64,000 nucleotides of DNA from Candidatus Parcubacteria bacterium (GTDB lineage Bacteria > Patescibacteriota > Minisyncoccia > Phycocordibacterales > CAIZLB01): the NCBI GenBank assembly GCA_039795775.1, contig JBDKLC010000005.1:89905-153904 (forward strand). Direction: 5' to 3'. The notes under the pieces are model-generated. The model saw nothing but the letters and a program-made list of their open reading frames with translations, did no database searches and had not been told where the DNA came from. Each line of letters opens with the position of its first letter. Position 1 is the stretch's first letter. The position numbers and the translations under genes are program-made. Shown piece by piece: positions 51,748 through 60,593 of this stretch.

Positions 51748-52896
51748 ATGATTAATCTCGGGTTTTGGCAAGGGCTTAAGGAAAAAGCCGACAAGCAAGG
51801 TCGGCCTCTTTTTGTATTGGCACCTATGGCCGATGTGACAGATGCGGCATTTCGAAAAGTCATTGCTACATATGGAAAGCCAGACGTGACATGGACCGAG
51901 TTCGTTTCTGCCGATGGTCTCATGCGCGCGCATCCTGAAGGAAAGATGAAACTTCTCCGAGATCTTTTGTATTCAGACAAAGCTCCCAGTGATGAACGAC
52001 CAATCGTTGCGCAGCTTTTCAGTGCTCGACCCGAATATATGAAGGGTGCGGTGAAGCTTGTCGCTGAACTTGGATACGACGGTATCGACATCAACATGGG
52101 TTGTCCTGATAAAAGTATTGAAAAGCAAGGATGTGGAGCAGCCATGATGAAAAATCCTGAAGCTGCGCAGGCGGTAATCCGTGCAGCAAAAGAAGGTGCC
52201 GAAGAAGCGTGGAATGAAATGAAAGAAAAGGGGACGTTACCACCGAATCAGACTGCGGGACCTATTCCTGTATCTGTAAAAACTCGAATCGGTTACAACA
52301 AAAATGAATTGGCAACATGGTTGCCTGCAATTCTCGAAGCTGAACCTGCTGTGGTGACGATTCATTGTCGAACTCGAAAAGAAATGTCGAAGGTAGCAGC
52401 ACGATGGGAACATATAGAAGAAGCAAAAAAAATCAGAGATGAATTTTTCATAAAAAAAGAATCAACAGGTGAATATAAAAAAGGCGACCCACTGCCGCTC
52501 ATTCTCGGAAACGGTGATGCTGTGTCTATTTCCGATGCAGTCAGTCGAGCAACAACACACAACGCAGACGGTGTAATGCTTGGACGAGCAATCTTCGGTA
52601 ACCCGTGGCTCTTTAAAGGAATCAACGAGCACGATTTTAAACATGACCCAACTGGATACAAACAGTACGAACCTTCAGTATCAGAAAAGTTGAAGGTGAT
52701 GGTGGAACACACAAAACTCTTTGAAGAATTGCTCGGTGATATAAAAAGTTTCGCAATTATGAAAAAACACTACAAAGCGTATGTGAATAATTTTGATGGA
52801 GCAAAAGAACTTCGGGAAGAACTCATGAATGCAGCAAATGCTGGGGAAGTAGAGCAAAAAATTGAGGATTTTTTGATGAAAAGTTCATCTTTCTAA
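51748..52896 (+). CDS. dus: tRNA-dihydrouridine synthase
   Basis: LAPMADVTD, DINMGCP, PVSVKTRIG, H.RT, GNGD, GVMLGR...GNPW. Confidence 0.93.
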   Translation: MINLGFWQGLKEKADKQGRPLFVLAPMADVTDAAFRKVIATYGKPDVTWTEFVSADGLMRAHPEGKMKLLRDLLYSDKAPSDERPIVAQLFSARPEYMKGAVKLVAELGYDGIDINMGCPDKSIEKQGCGAAMMKNPEAAQAVIRAAKEGAEEAWNEMKEKGTLPPNQTAGPIPVSVKTRIGYNKNELATWLPAILEAEPAVVTIHCRTRKEMSKVAARWEHIEEAKKIRDEFFIKKESTGEYKKGDPLPLILGNGDAVSISDAVSRATTHNADGVMLGRAIFGNPWLFKGINEHDFKHDPTGYKQYEPSVSEKLKVMVEHTKLFEELLGDIKSFAIMKKHYKAYVNNFDGAKELREELMNAANAGEVEQKIEDFLMKSSSF

Positions 52897-52956
52897 CTAG
52901 GAGAGGCTAGCATGTGGTGTGTTTGACATTACAGCTATCTGTGGTAATATTATATA

Positions 52957-53532
52957 CGTCAGAGGTGAACCCTTTGATTCTTGATTGGCAACGCCGATCG
53001 AGAAATAACCCTTGCTCTAGCAACATCAGTGGAGTAAGGACACAAAGCACAAAGCCCTAAGGAGGGGCATTCAGTCATGAAGATCCATCTGCACTTGAAG
53101 AGCGAAAACTCGAACATTGTTGATTCCATGCTGCCGGCCGCGCGCCGCGACACCAAACATTATTCCGGCCGCGCCGGAGACGTGGTGCTCGCCGACGCTA
53201 CCGCCAGTCCCTTTGCGTGATCATCCGCCGCGGCCCATTGCCCCGGAAGGTGAAAACCGGGGCAACGCCGCACCAGCGAATGGTGCACGCGGGAGACCTC
53301 AGGGTCTCCCAGAGTAGCATGCAACAAGTCGTCAACTCGCGTTGAACTGTTGCAGCACTCACCTGGTTGAGTAGTTTGAACGATTCATATGTTCTCAATA
53401 GGTACAAGCGAAGCTTTGCCGAAGGGAAATCATCGACGCTCTATAGTCCGCACTTCAGTGTCAATCGTCAAATCATACTTGACCCCAACACCCGCCTCGG
53501 GCGCACCTGTGCGCCCGAGCCGGAACTTTTTT
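52957..53532 (+). ncRNA. Candidate ~570-nt structured RNA (may contain a 47-aa sORF at 53077-53220)
   Basis: TTGACA..TGgTAATAT promoter (52923-52950), at least 8 compact hairpins, terminator CTCGGGCGCA-cctg-TGCGCCCGAG + U run, and no long ORF. Confidence 0.45.
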
Positions 53533-53722
53533 TATATAAAATTTATATAAATTACATATTATTTTGAATAAGATTTTCATTTACAAACTGGCAAAAGTAT
53601 CCTGTAACGTTTTCCACACACTAAAGAGCCTTTTTTAAACGTATACTCAATTCATTACTAATGGTAAGAGACCTGTACCACGTGCAACGAGGGAATGGGG
53701 TTAGACATAATAAGAAAAAAGA

Positions 53723-54172
53723 ATGACAAATATTGCATCAAAAGACCTTACAAAGGTGGCACCACGAAGTGCGTATGAAACTATCAACGGATTCGCTATT
53801 CTCGCACGAGCAATAGACAAGGGACGAGCTACAATCGCTGGTACAAACGGCGATTATAACTTCGACTGTCCAGTTGATAACATGATTCTCAATTTCGTTG
53901 GTATCAAGGGAGAAGAACTTCGAGCAAAACTTGAAGCTGGTGCGACAGACGAAGAGATCGGAACATGGGTGAAGGAAGCATCAAAAAAGTCTGATGAAGA
54001 AATCAAGGCTTGGTCAGAAAGTTTCAAGTCAGATTTTTCATATGCTCACCATCCAGATGCAGGAAAGCAGGCATGGTTCCGAGGTGAATGTGAACGACTT
54101 GGTCTCAATGCAGACACAACAACTCTCTTTGATTATCTCGATGTAGATGACAAAGCAACATTCGCAAACTAG
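53723..54172 (+). CDS. DUF5069-like protein
   Basis: PRS......G...LARAIDK.RA...G..GDY.F.CP.D...L.F.G pattern; terminator at 54216-54250. Confidence 0.8.
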   Translation: MTNIASKDLTKVAPRSAYETINGFAILARAIDKGRATIAGTNGDYNFDCPVDNMILNFVGIKGEELRAKLEAGATDEEIGTWVKEASKKSDEEIKAWSESFKSDFSYAHHPDAGKQAWFRGECERLGLNADTTTLFDYLDVDDKATFAN

Positions 54173-54364
54173 TCACTATCAAATTGTAGATTTAGTAGTG
54201 AAAGAGAAATAGTTTTAAAAACATTCACCCCTATGTGGGTGAGTGTTTTTAATTTGTAGGAAAGATTCCTACTTTTTACTTGTATGCATTTATATATATA
54301 GATGCATATATTTATTTATTTTTAAAAAAACTTGACACGTGTTTACATGTCGATTAAGATGTTA

Positions 54365-54640
54365 CTCCCTCGAGCAAAGCAGTTTTCACAAACCGCTCCT
54401 CAGGGAAGAGTGAACCACAGGTTCACACAAGTTCTTTTCAAGGTTAGTCGTCTAGACAAATCGGTAGGAATGGAGCAAACAAGCTCCACAACAATTTTCA
54501 GAATTTCAAACAATTCCTCCCCCGACAAAAAACTGTCTCACCCTAACCCTAGCCGCAAGGCACCCCAGGCTCGCAAGAGCACCCCCGTAACAAACGGAGG
54601 GCCGTCGTTGCAACACGTGACGACGGCCCTTTCCTTTCTC
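54365..54640 (+). ncRNA. Candidate ~275-nt structured RNA
   Basis: TTGACA-17-TAAGAT promoter (54332-54360), several hairpins including two GCAA tetraloops, terminator at 54599-54640. Confidence 0.4.
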
Positions 54641-54680
54641 GGGGTTTTTGGGCTTTAGTTCATCTGTTATACTAAGTGCA

Positions 54681-55754
54681 ATGAAAACATCTGACATGAA
54701 ATCTACATCAAAAAAAGCTGAAACAGCATACGTTTCTTTATATAGAAAATATCGACCTGAAACATTTGCTGATGTAGTGGGGCAGGAACATGTGACAGAT
54801 CTTCTTGAAGAATCTATCAAACAAGGCAAGCTCGGACACGCATATCTTTTTTGCGGAAGTAGAGGTACAGGTAAGACATCAGTAGCTCGTATTTTTGCGC
54901 GAGCCATCGGCACAACACCAAACGACTTGTATGAAATTGATGCGGCATCAAATACAAGTGTTGAAGACATTCGATCTCTCAATGAAGCGGTAAATACAAT
55001 TCCGTTTGAATCAAAATACAAAGTGTATATTCTTGATGAAGTGCACATGCTTTCGAAGTCTGCGTTCAATGCGTTTTTGAAAACACTCGAAGAACCACCA
55101 AAGCATGTCATCTTTATTTTGGCGACAACAGAAATGGAGAAACTTCCTGAAACAATAGTTTCTCGATGCCAGAGTTTTGTTTTCAAACAGCCAACATCAG
55201 AACTATTGAAAAAAGTAGTACTCGATATTTCAAAAAAAGAAGGCGTACAGATCGAGTCTGCCGCAGCAGAGCTTGTTGCACTTCTTGGTGATGGATCATT
55301 CCGAGACACGCTCAGTATTTTGCAAAAAGTGTTGTCATTGTCTGGCACATCATCTACAGAAATAACATTGGCAGAAGTAGAACGAGTAACGGGAGCTCCA
55401 AAGTCTGCAATTGTATTTGGCATCGTCGATGCGCTCGCACAAAAAGACATCACAGCGGCGCTCGCGCACATCGCGGCCGCACGCGACGCTCATCTCGACA
55501 TGAAAGTATTTTCAAAACTTCTTCTATCACGACTTCGATATTTGTTGCTTCGATCAGTTTCTCCAGCACAAGCAATCGGTGGAGCTCAGGATTTTACACA
55601 AGACGAACAAAAGAAACTTGATGCACTCAAGATGGATACAGCAACAATCGTCAAAGCGCTCTACGCAATGCTCGATGCCAGTCAGCAGGTAGGGAAGTCA
55701 TATATTTCTACACTCCCTCTTGAGCTCGCTGTCGTACGACTCCTCCAAGCATAG
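54681..55754 (+). CDS. dnaX: DNA polymerase III gamma/tau subunit (short, no zinc module)
   Basis: LYRKYRP.TF.DVVGQ, GSRGTGKTS, EIDAAS, ILDEVHML, LKTLEEPP, SRC; ATG at 54681. Confidence 0.95.
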   Translation: MKTSDMKSTSKKAETAYVSLYRKYRPETFADVVGQEHVTDLLEESIKQGKLGHAYLFCGSRGTGKTSVARIFARAIGTTPNDLYEIDAASNTSVEDIRSLNEAVNTIPFESKYKVYILDEVHMLSKSAFNAFLKTLEEPPKHVIFILATTEMEKLPETIVSRCQSFVFKQPTSELLKKVVLDISKKEGVQIESAAAELVALLGDGSFRDTLSILQKVLSLSGTSSTEITLAEVERVTGAPKSAIVFGIVDALAQKDITAALAHIAAARDAHLDMKVFSKLLLSRLRYLLLRSVSPAQAIGGAQDFTQDEQKKLDALKMDTATIVKALYAMLDASQQVGKSYISTLPLELAVVRLLQA

Positions 55755-55763
55755 CTCTATAAA

Positions 55764-55802
55764 AAGAACACCTCCCACGCGATTGAACGCGGGGAGGGTT
55801 TT
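55764..55802. terminator. Bidirectional terminator
   Basis: CCTCCC.CGCG-attgaa-CGCGGGGAGG flanked by A and T runs. Confidence 0.7.
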
Positions 55803-55833
55803 GAGTGTGGCTTTTGCAGCCTGTTCGTCGGGA

Positions 55834-56289
55834 CTATTCCCGGAAGGGGTCGCTTTCCAAAGTCCGGAAGACGATTTGGATGACTGCCCCGGTCTTGTTG
55901 TGGCGATACATCTCCGCTGTGGTGTCGGCGGTGCTGACGGAGAATTCCCCGAGATGGGTGAATTCACCTGACAGGCGGATGTGTTCGCAGAGTTTGGCGT
56001 GGGCCGCAACGCTTTGGACCCGAAAGCCTTCGTGCTGCGGAATGTGACTGCGGACGATCTCGAAACGCACGTGACGCAAATTGGGATTTTGCATGAAGAT
56101 CGTGTGCGCCGGGCCCGTTTCGCTGTCTTTGCCGACTTTTACTTCTTCCCAACAGAGCTGTTTGAAGAGATTGGCTTTTTCTTGGACGGTTTCTCCGATG
56201 ATGATCGGAATGGCCGTGTGTTCGTGGTGGTATGCCACTTGAGCTCCTGATAGGAGATTCAAAACGACAGAGTTGATGGGTGTTTTCAT
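55834..56289 (-). CDS. Hypothetical protein (orphan transcription unit)
   Basis: ATG at 56289 (MKTPINS), AC-rich leader, GC-richer codons, ends before the terminator. Confidence 0.65.
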   Translation of the reverse strand: MKTPINSVVLNLLSGAQVAYHHEHTAIPIIIGETVQEKANLFKQLCWEEVKVGKDSETGPAHTIFMQNPNLRHVRFEIVRSHIPQHEGFRVQSVAAHAKLCEHIRLSGEFTHLGEFSVSTADTTAEMYRHNKTGAVIQIVFRTLESDPFRE

Positions 56290-56554
56290 GAGACGACTAT
56301 CTGATGGTACCGATGCTTGTCGGCAGTTGTTGTGCTGTGGTGTGCTAGTTTTCTCTTTCTTCAAGCAAAGAAAGTTGAAATACAATAACCCAAAATACTA
56401 GTTTTGTATAGGTTTTGAGTAGACGCTGAGAAAGAGATGAAAGGGGAGAATATGAAATACAACCTGACCCTTGAAAAAAAGCTTATTTTAGCGTATTTTA
56501 TAGGAACTATCTGTTGTGGGCTGCATGAGGCAGGGCAATATATAGACAATATAA

Positions 56555-56625
56555 TGGGGGATCGTCTAATGGTAGGACATCCGGTTTTGGTCCGGCGAAT
56601 TGGGGTTCGAGTCCCTATCCCCCAG
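56555..56625 (+). tRNA. tRNA-Gln (anticodon TTG); CCA not encoded
   Basis: TGGGGGA/TCCCCCA acceptor stem, D-arm GTCTAATGGTAGGAC, anticodon loop TT-TTG-GT, T-loop GGTTCGAGTCC. Confidence 0.95.
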
Positions 56626-56632
56626 CAAAACA

Positions 56633-56663
56633 AAAAAGCACCACTGTCAAGTGGTGCTTTTTT
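56633..56663 (+). terminator. Terminator after tRNA-Gln
   Basis: AAAAAGCACCACT-GTCA-AGTGGTGCTTTTTT. Confidence 0.85.
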
Positions 56664-56677
56664 ATTTTGAGAGGATA

Positions 56678-56809
56678 ATGAGGGGACGAGAAAGCCGGAC
56701 TGAAGTTGCGCAATGAGGAGCTTGCGACGAAGCGCAACGAGGGAGGCGGGGTCGACAGTATTTTTGCGAAGCAAAAATAACTGGTGACCGAGTCCTCATC
56801 ACTTGGCCA
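56678..56809. repeat. ~130-bp palindromic element with imperfect terminal inverted repeats and a tRNA-3'-like end
   Basis: ATGAGGGGACGAG ... CGAGTCCTCAT ends; internal GTTGCGC..GCGCAAC and TATTTTTGC-GAA-GCAAAAATA hairpins. Confidence 0.6.
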
Positions 56810-56863
56810 ACCACAGCTAACACAAGTTGCGTCAAATAATTATTAACTAATAACAAAATTAAT

Positions 56864-57436
56864 ATGACAGATAAGAAGAATGATGATTTAGAAACTGTGA
56901 GGGTTATTACAGAAGCTCTTAAGTCATTTACGAAAGAAGAACGAGAACAAATAATAAGATGGAGTCTTGAAAGACTGGGGATGCAGGCTTTTAAGATTCA
57001 GTCTGCTAATGTGATGCCACAAGAGTCACCTTTGATGACATCACCACAACCATTTTTAAATTCTAGTCCGAAGAATATAAAATCTTTTGTACAAGAAAAA
57101 AATCCCAAGAGCGATGTTCAGTTTGCTGCGGTAGCTGCCTATTTTTATCGTTTTGAAGCATCAGACGGTGAAAAAAAAGAGAAAATCAGTGCAAAAGATT
57201 TGCAGGACGCTGGTCGTCAAGCTAGAGGCTTCGGATTTAAAGACGCTTTGAAGACTTTAAATAATTGTGTAAGACTTGGTTATTTTAATCGCGCAGGACG
57301 GGGTGAATTTGAATTAAATGCAGTCGGTGAGAATCTTGTAGCAATGGTACTTCCTGGGGGAATGAATGAAAGCGTCACGTCTCGAAAAATAAATACTAAA
57401 ATGAAACCAAAGATAACTAAGAAGTCTAAAAAATAG
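56864..57436 (+). CDS. Hypothetical protein with probable C-terminal winged helix
   Basis: K.PKSD.Q.A.V.AYFY ... TLNN....GY......GEF.L...GENLV; AT-rich; 4 nt before the next gene. Confidence 0.7.
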   Translation: MTDKKNDDLETVRVITEALKSFTKEEREQIIRWSLERLGMQAFKIQSANVMPQESPLMTSPQPFLNSSPKNIKSFVQEKNPKSDVQFAAVAAYFYRFEASDGEKKEKISAKDLQDAGRQARGFGFKDALKTLNNCVRLGYFNRAGRGEFELNAVGENLVAMVLPGGMNESVTSRKINTKMKPKITKKSKK

Positions 57437-57440
57437 ATTT

Positions 57441-58259
57441 ATGGATACTCTGGGAATCATAGACCAGGCTATTCATGAGATTGCTCACCTTATAAAAAGT
57501 GTAAGCACTAATCGATCTGTTCAGATTAGAACTCATGATGAACAAGAATTAATAAAAGCAAATGTTTTTTCTTGGATCAAGGGACATCGTACATGTCTAC
57601 AATCATTATCTAATAATGAAATCTTAATTTCTGTTGATGAAAAATTCAGTCAACTGCTTGAGTTTTCTGATAAGCACACCAGTCGTTCACGTTATAAAAT
57701 CTTACTTAAATCCACAAAGGCCGAATTAATCAAGTTACGGTCAGAAGCAATTAAAATTGGAAATATTGCCTCAAATAAGACTGATAACTTTTCAAATTCA
57801 GCTCCAGATTTTTCACCTTTGGTTTATGACAAAAAAATGAAAACAATTTTGACGAATAGGTGGAACGAAATTACTAAATGTCTCGAGTGTGATGCGCCAC
57901 TTGCAGCAACCATTATGATGGGAGGTTTATTAGAAGCGTTATTTTTGGCGCGTGCAAATAGACTTGAGGACAAAAGCCCCCTTTATAAAGCAAAAGCTGC
58001 GCCTGTAGAAAAAAATACACGTAAAAATATACCTTTAGATAAATGGATGCTAAATTCATTTATCGAAGTTGCTGCTGAATTAGGTTGGATAAGAAAACCA
58101 GCAAAAGATCTGGGAACTATTTTACGTGATTACAGAAACTATATTCATCCAGAACGAGAATTACGTACAGGTTTTACTTTGGAAAAGGAAGATGCCTTAA
58201 TGTTTTGGCAAATATTTAATCAAGTTTCGAAGCAGATTATTATTAATGCGAATAAGTAG
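57441..58259 (+). CDS. HEPN-like (DUF4145/Abi-type) domain protein
   Basis: C-terminal AATIMMGGLLEA.L...W.L..FIEVA..LGWI...LRDYRNYIHP, a HEPN-type R..H motif. Confidence 0.7.
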   Translation: MDTLGIIDQAIHEIAHLIKSVSTNRSVQIRTHDEQELIKANVFSWIKGHRTCLQSLSNNEILISVDEKFSQLLEFSDKHTSRSRYKILLKSTKAELIKLRSEAIKIGNIASNKTDNFSNSAPDFSPLVYDKKMKTILTNRWNEITKCLECDAPLAATIMMGGLLEALFLARANRLEDKSPLYKAKAAPVEKNTRKNIPLDKWMLNSFIEVAAELGWIRKPAKDLGTILRDYRNYIHPERELRTGFTLEKEDALMFWQIFNQVSKQIIINANK

Positions 58260-58362
58260 CCGTGCTCAAGTTACATCGATTTGGTATCATAAGATTCAAC
58301 TGAAAAGCTTTACTCAGCAATTTAGAAAGTATCGAAGGATCTAGAGCGGTCATAATCATTCT

Positions 58363-59916
58363 ATGCATATAAAAATTATCAATCTTAAAGACTTCAAGCG
58401 ATTCAATGATTTCACGATTGACCTTGGAGATTCAGCAAAAAAGATAGTTGCCCTCGTTGGTCCAAATGGTTCTGGTAAGAGCAGTGTGTTCGATGGTTTT
58501 GAGGAATTTTCAAGTCACTTCAAAGGGAGAGGAGGAAAGAAGGCCAGCTATTATGTAAAATCCATATATCAACCAGATCCGTTACCTGGTTCCCAAAACT
58601 ACGATTCGCAAACACATGTCTTTGTAACCTCTGATCAAGAACCTTCCGCATATACAAAAACAAGTTTTTATATCCGTAGTGCACATCGATTTACACCGAG
58701 ATTGGATGTGAATCAGATACAAAAACTTTCTGATGCAGAAAACGATGAGAAAAGGCCTCAATATTTAATTGATCCAGACTCTCGTCTTCAGGATAATTAC
58801 GAGCGACTGATTGGAAGATTTTATGACGATGTTTACGATAAGGAGCTTACAGGAAAGAAATGGTCGGAAGATAATATTGATGGTATCAATAAAGTTTTGA
58901 AAAAGATATTGGATATCACGGTTGTCTTCCTCGGGAATCCAGTAAAAGGAGAAGGAAGTCTATATTTTAAAAAGGGAACCTCGAGTAAATTTCCGTATGA
59001 AAACCTTTCTGCGGGAGAAAAAGAGGTAGTAGATTTAGTCTTAGACATATACGTCAAGAAGGATATTTATTCTGACAGTATAATTTGTATTGATGAGCCA
59101 GAACTGCATCTCAATACTTCAATTCAAAGAAAGCTATTGGTTGAGATTGAGAAGATTGTTCCAAATAACAGCCAGCTTTGGGTTGCAACGCATAGCATTG
59201 GTTTCTTAAGAGCACTTCAAGAGGACCTGAAAGACAAGACTGCGGTTATTGATTTCATTGGTCATAACTTCGATGAAACTGTTGTACTAAAACCTATTTC
59301 GGGAACAAGAAAAGATTGGACTAGAATATTTGAGACAGCCCTGGAAGATTTAACAGGTCTTCTTGCACCCAAAAAGATTATCTATTGTGAAGGACGACCA
59401 GATCCTTCTGCTACAGGTATGGAGCAGGGTTTGGATGCAGATGTTTATAATGAAATATTTTCACACAAATACCCTGACACCTTATTCGTATCAAGTGGCG
59501 GTGGAAATGCGATTAACAAAAGCGCTCTACTTGCTCTTAAGATCTTAAGAAAAGCATTCAATACAGTAGATCTGTATCTGCTTAGGGATAAAGATGAATT
59601 ATCAACTTCAGAACGAGATAGCTTTATTGCTGCCGACCCTTCAAACAAGATGCTTCTTCGACGTGAGCTTGAAAATTATCTCTTCGATAAAGAAATACTT
59701 AAAAAGTACTGTGTTGAGAATTCGAAGGTGTTCGACGAAGCGAAGTATGATAACAAAGTGACTTATATTAAAGAACAGGACCTGAAGCCTGTGCAGCAAG
59801 ATATTCAAGCATCGTGCCAAGAATCAGGTGATATGGCACATTTTAAAAGAGCTTTGGCGAAGTTTATATCTCAAGATACAGCAGTGTTTATCGAACTAGA
59901 ATCATTGGTATTTTAG
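58363..59916 (+). CDS. OLD-like ABC ATPase + TOPRIM nuclease
   Basis: GPNGSGKS, LSAGEK, IDEPELHL, ATHS; TOPRIM CEG..D, RDKD, ELENYL. Confidence 0.85.
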   Translation: MHIKIINLKDFKRFNDFTIDLGDSAKKIVALVGPNGSGKSSVFDGFEEFSSHFKGRGGKKASYYVKSIYQPDPLPGSQNYDSQTHVFVTSDQEPSAYTKTSFYIRSAHRFTPRLDVNQIQKLSDAENDEKRPQYLIDPDSRLQDNYERLIGRFYDDVYDKELTGKKWSEDNIDGINKVLKKILDITVVFLGNPVKGEGSLYFKKGTSSKFPYENLSAGEKEVVDLVLDIYVKKDIYSDSIICIDEPELHLNTSIQRKLLVEIEKIVPNNSQLWVATHSIGFLRALQEDLKDKTAVIDFIGHNFDETVVLKPISGTRKDWTRIFETALEDLTGLLAPKKIIYCEGRPDPSATGMEQGLDADVYNEIFSHKYPDTLFVSSGGGNAINKSALLALKILRKAFNTVDLYLLRDKDELSTSERDSFIAADPSNKMLLRRELENYLFDKEILKKYCVENSKVFDEAKYDNKVTYIKEQDLKPVQQDIQASCQESGDMAHFKRALAKFISQDTAVFIELESLVF

Positions 59917-60065
59917 ATCGAGACTTCCTAGTTTTCCAGTACAACTTTACTCTTGAAACACGTCAGTAAATCTCTCTTCGCGAACGTCGACCCTTCAGTA
60001 AGTAGATACTTCGCATAGTTCCGGATATCGGCATCCTTTGCAGGATACGTTTCTTCCGCCCACAT
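59913..60065 (-). pseudogene. Probable C-terminal remnant of a large serine recombinase
   Basis: Reads EETYPAKDADIRNYAKYLLTEGSTFAKRDLLTCFKSKVVLEN*EVSI*. From recall, this resembles the C-terminal tail of Parcubacteria recombinase-family proteins. It has an internal stop and no N-terminal part. Confidence 0.5.
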
Positions 60066-60074
60066 GGGTCAAAT

Positions 60075-60575
60075 GTGTCAAAAATGCTAAAATTAAAAAA
60101 CATGATCCTAAAACCTATCTCTTCTGGCAAGCTTGTAGTTATTAGTGCTACAAAAGGTACTGACACACTTGCCTTTGCCAACGACGTATTCAGCTATATC
60201 GATCCTAACTTAAAAAATTGGGGATGCGACAAGATTGAGAAAGAAACTCCAGAAATGGCTGTTGAAGTGTATGAACAAATCGAAGACGCAACCTATCCTG
60301 AGATCTTCGGTAGTGTGGATCAAAACCTCGATCATTTAGTATTGACCACCTCGCAAATCAAGAACTTCGTGGTCAATAATGCAAAGGACTATCTTCTGGA
60401 GGCGGAATGGACATGTTTTCGTTTTCTCTTTAAGACGGGTGATGAATTTTTCATTGCAGATGTGCGAGTTCTCAACAACGGCAATCGTGATGTTCGTGTC
60501 ACTCGCTTTTTGGATGGCTCTGTCCGTCATGCAGAGTATCGCCATCGTATTGTGGTCCCACAACTAGCTGAATGA
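60075..60575 (+). CDS. Hypothetical protein with C-terminus resembling CPR DGR-target (CLec-like) proteins
   Basis: Ends FFIADVRV...VRVTRF....V..AEYRHRIVVPQL. The start may be ATG 60084 or ATG 60102. Confidence 0.6.
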   Translation: MSKMLKLKNMILKPISSGKLVVISATKGTDTLAFANDVFSYIDPNLKNWGCDKIEKETPEMAVEVYEQIEDATYPEIFGSVDQNLDHLVLTTSQIKNFVVNNAKDYLLEAEWTCFRFLFKTGDEFFIADVRVLNNGNRDVRVTRFLDGSVRHAEYRHRIVVPQLAE

Positions 60576-60593
60576 TTTCTTGGAATAAAGTAT

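Noticed and set aside
52957-53532. tmRNA, RNase P RNA or a self-splicing intron
   Set aside because: There are no tRNA-Ala-like ends, no GAGGAAAGUCC P4 motif, no interrupted host gene and no domain V seen.
53540-53640. Replication origin (AT-rich tract with TTTTCCACA)
   Set aside because: There is only one imperfect DnaA box, with no box cluster and no dnaA/dnaN nearby.
54332-54658. 108-aa ORF, or SRP RNA upstream of dnaX
   Set aside because: The ORF starts at the -35 box and runs through a terminator. No SRP helix-8 motif (CAGG..GGAA..AGCAG) is visible.
54506-55471. 321-aa minus-strand ORF and other long antisense ORFs over core genes
   Set aside because: These are reverse-frame shadows of well-supported genes (dnaX, dnaE, rpoBC and others) with no motifs of their own.
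56437-56670. 77-aa ORF (and minus-strand ORF 56361-56774)
   Set aside because: Both overlap the clear tRNA-Gln and its terminator.
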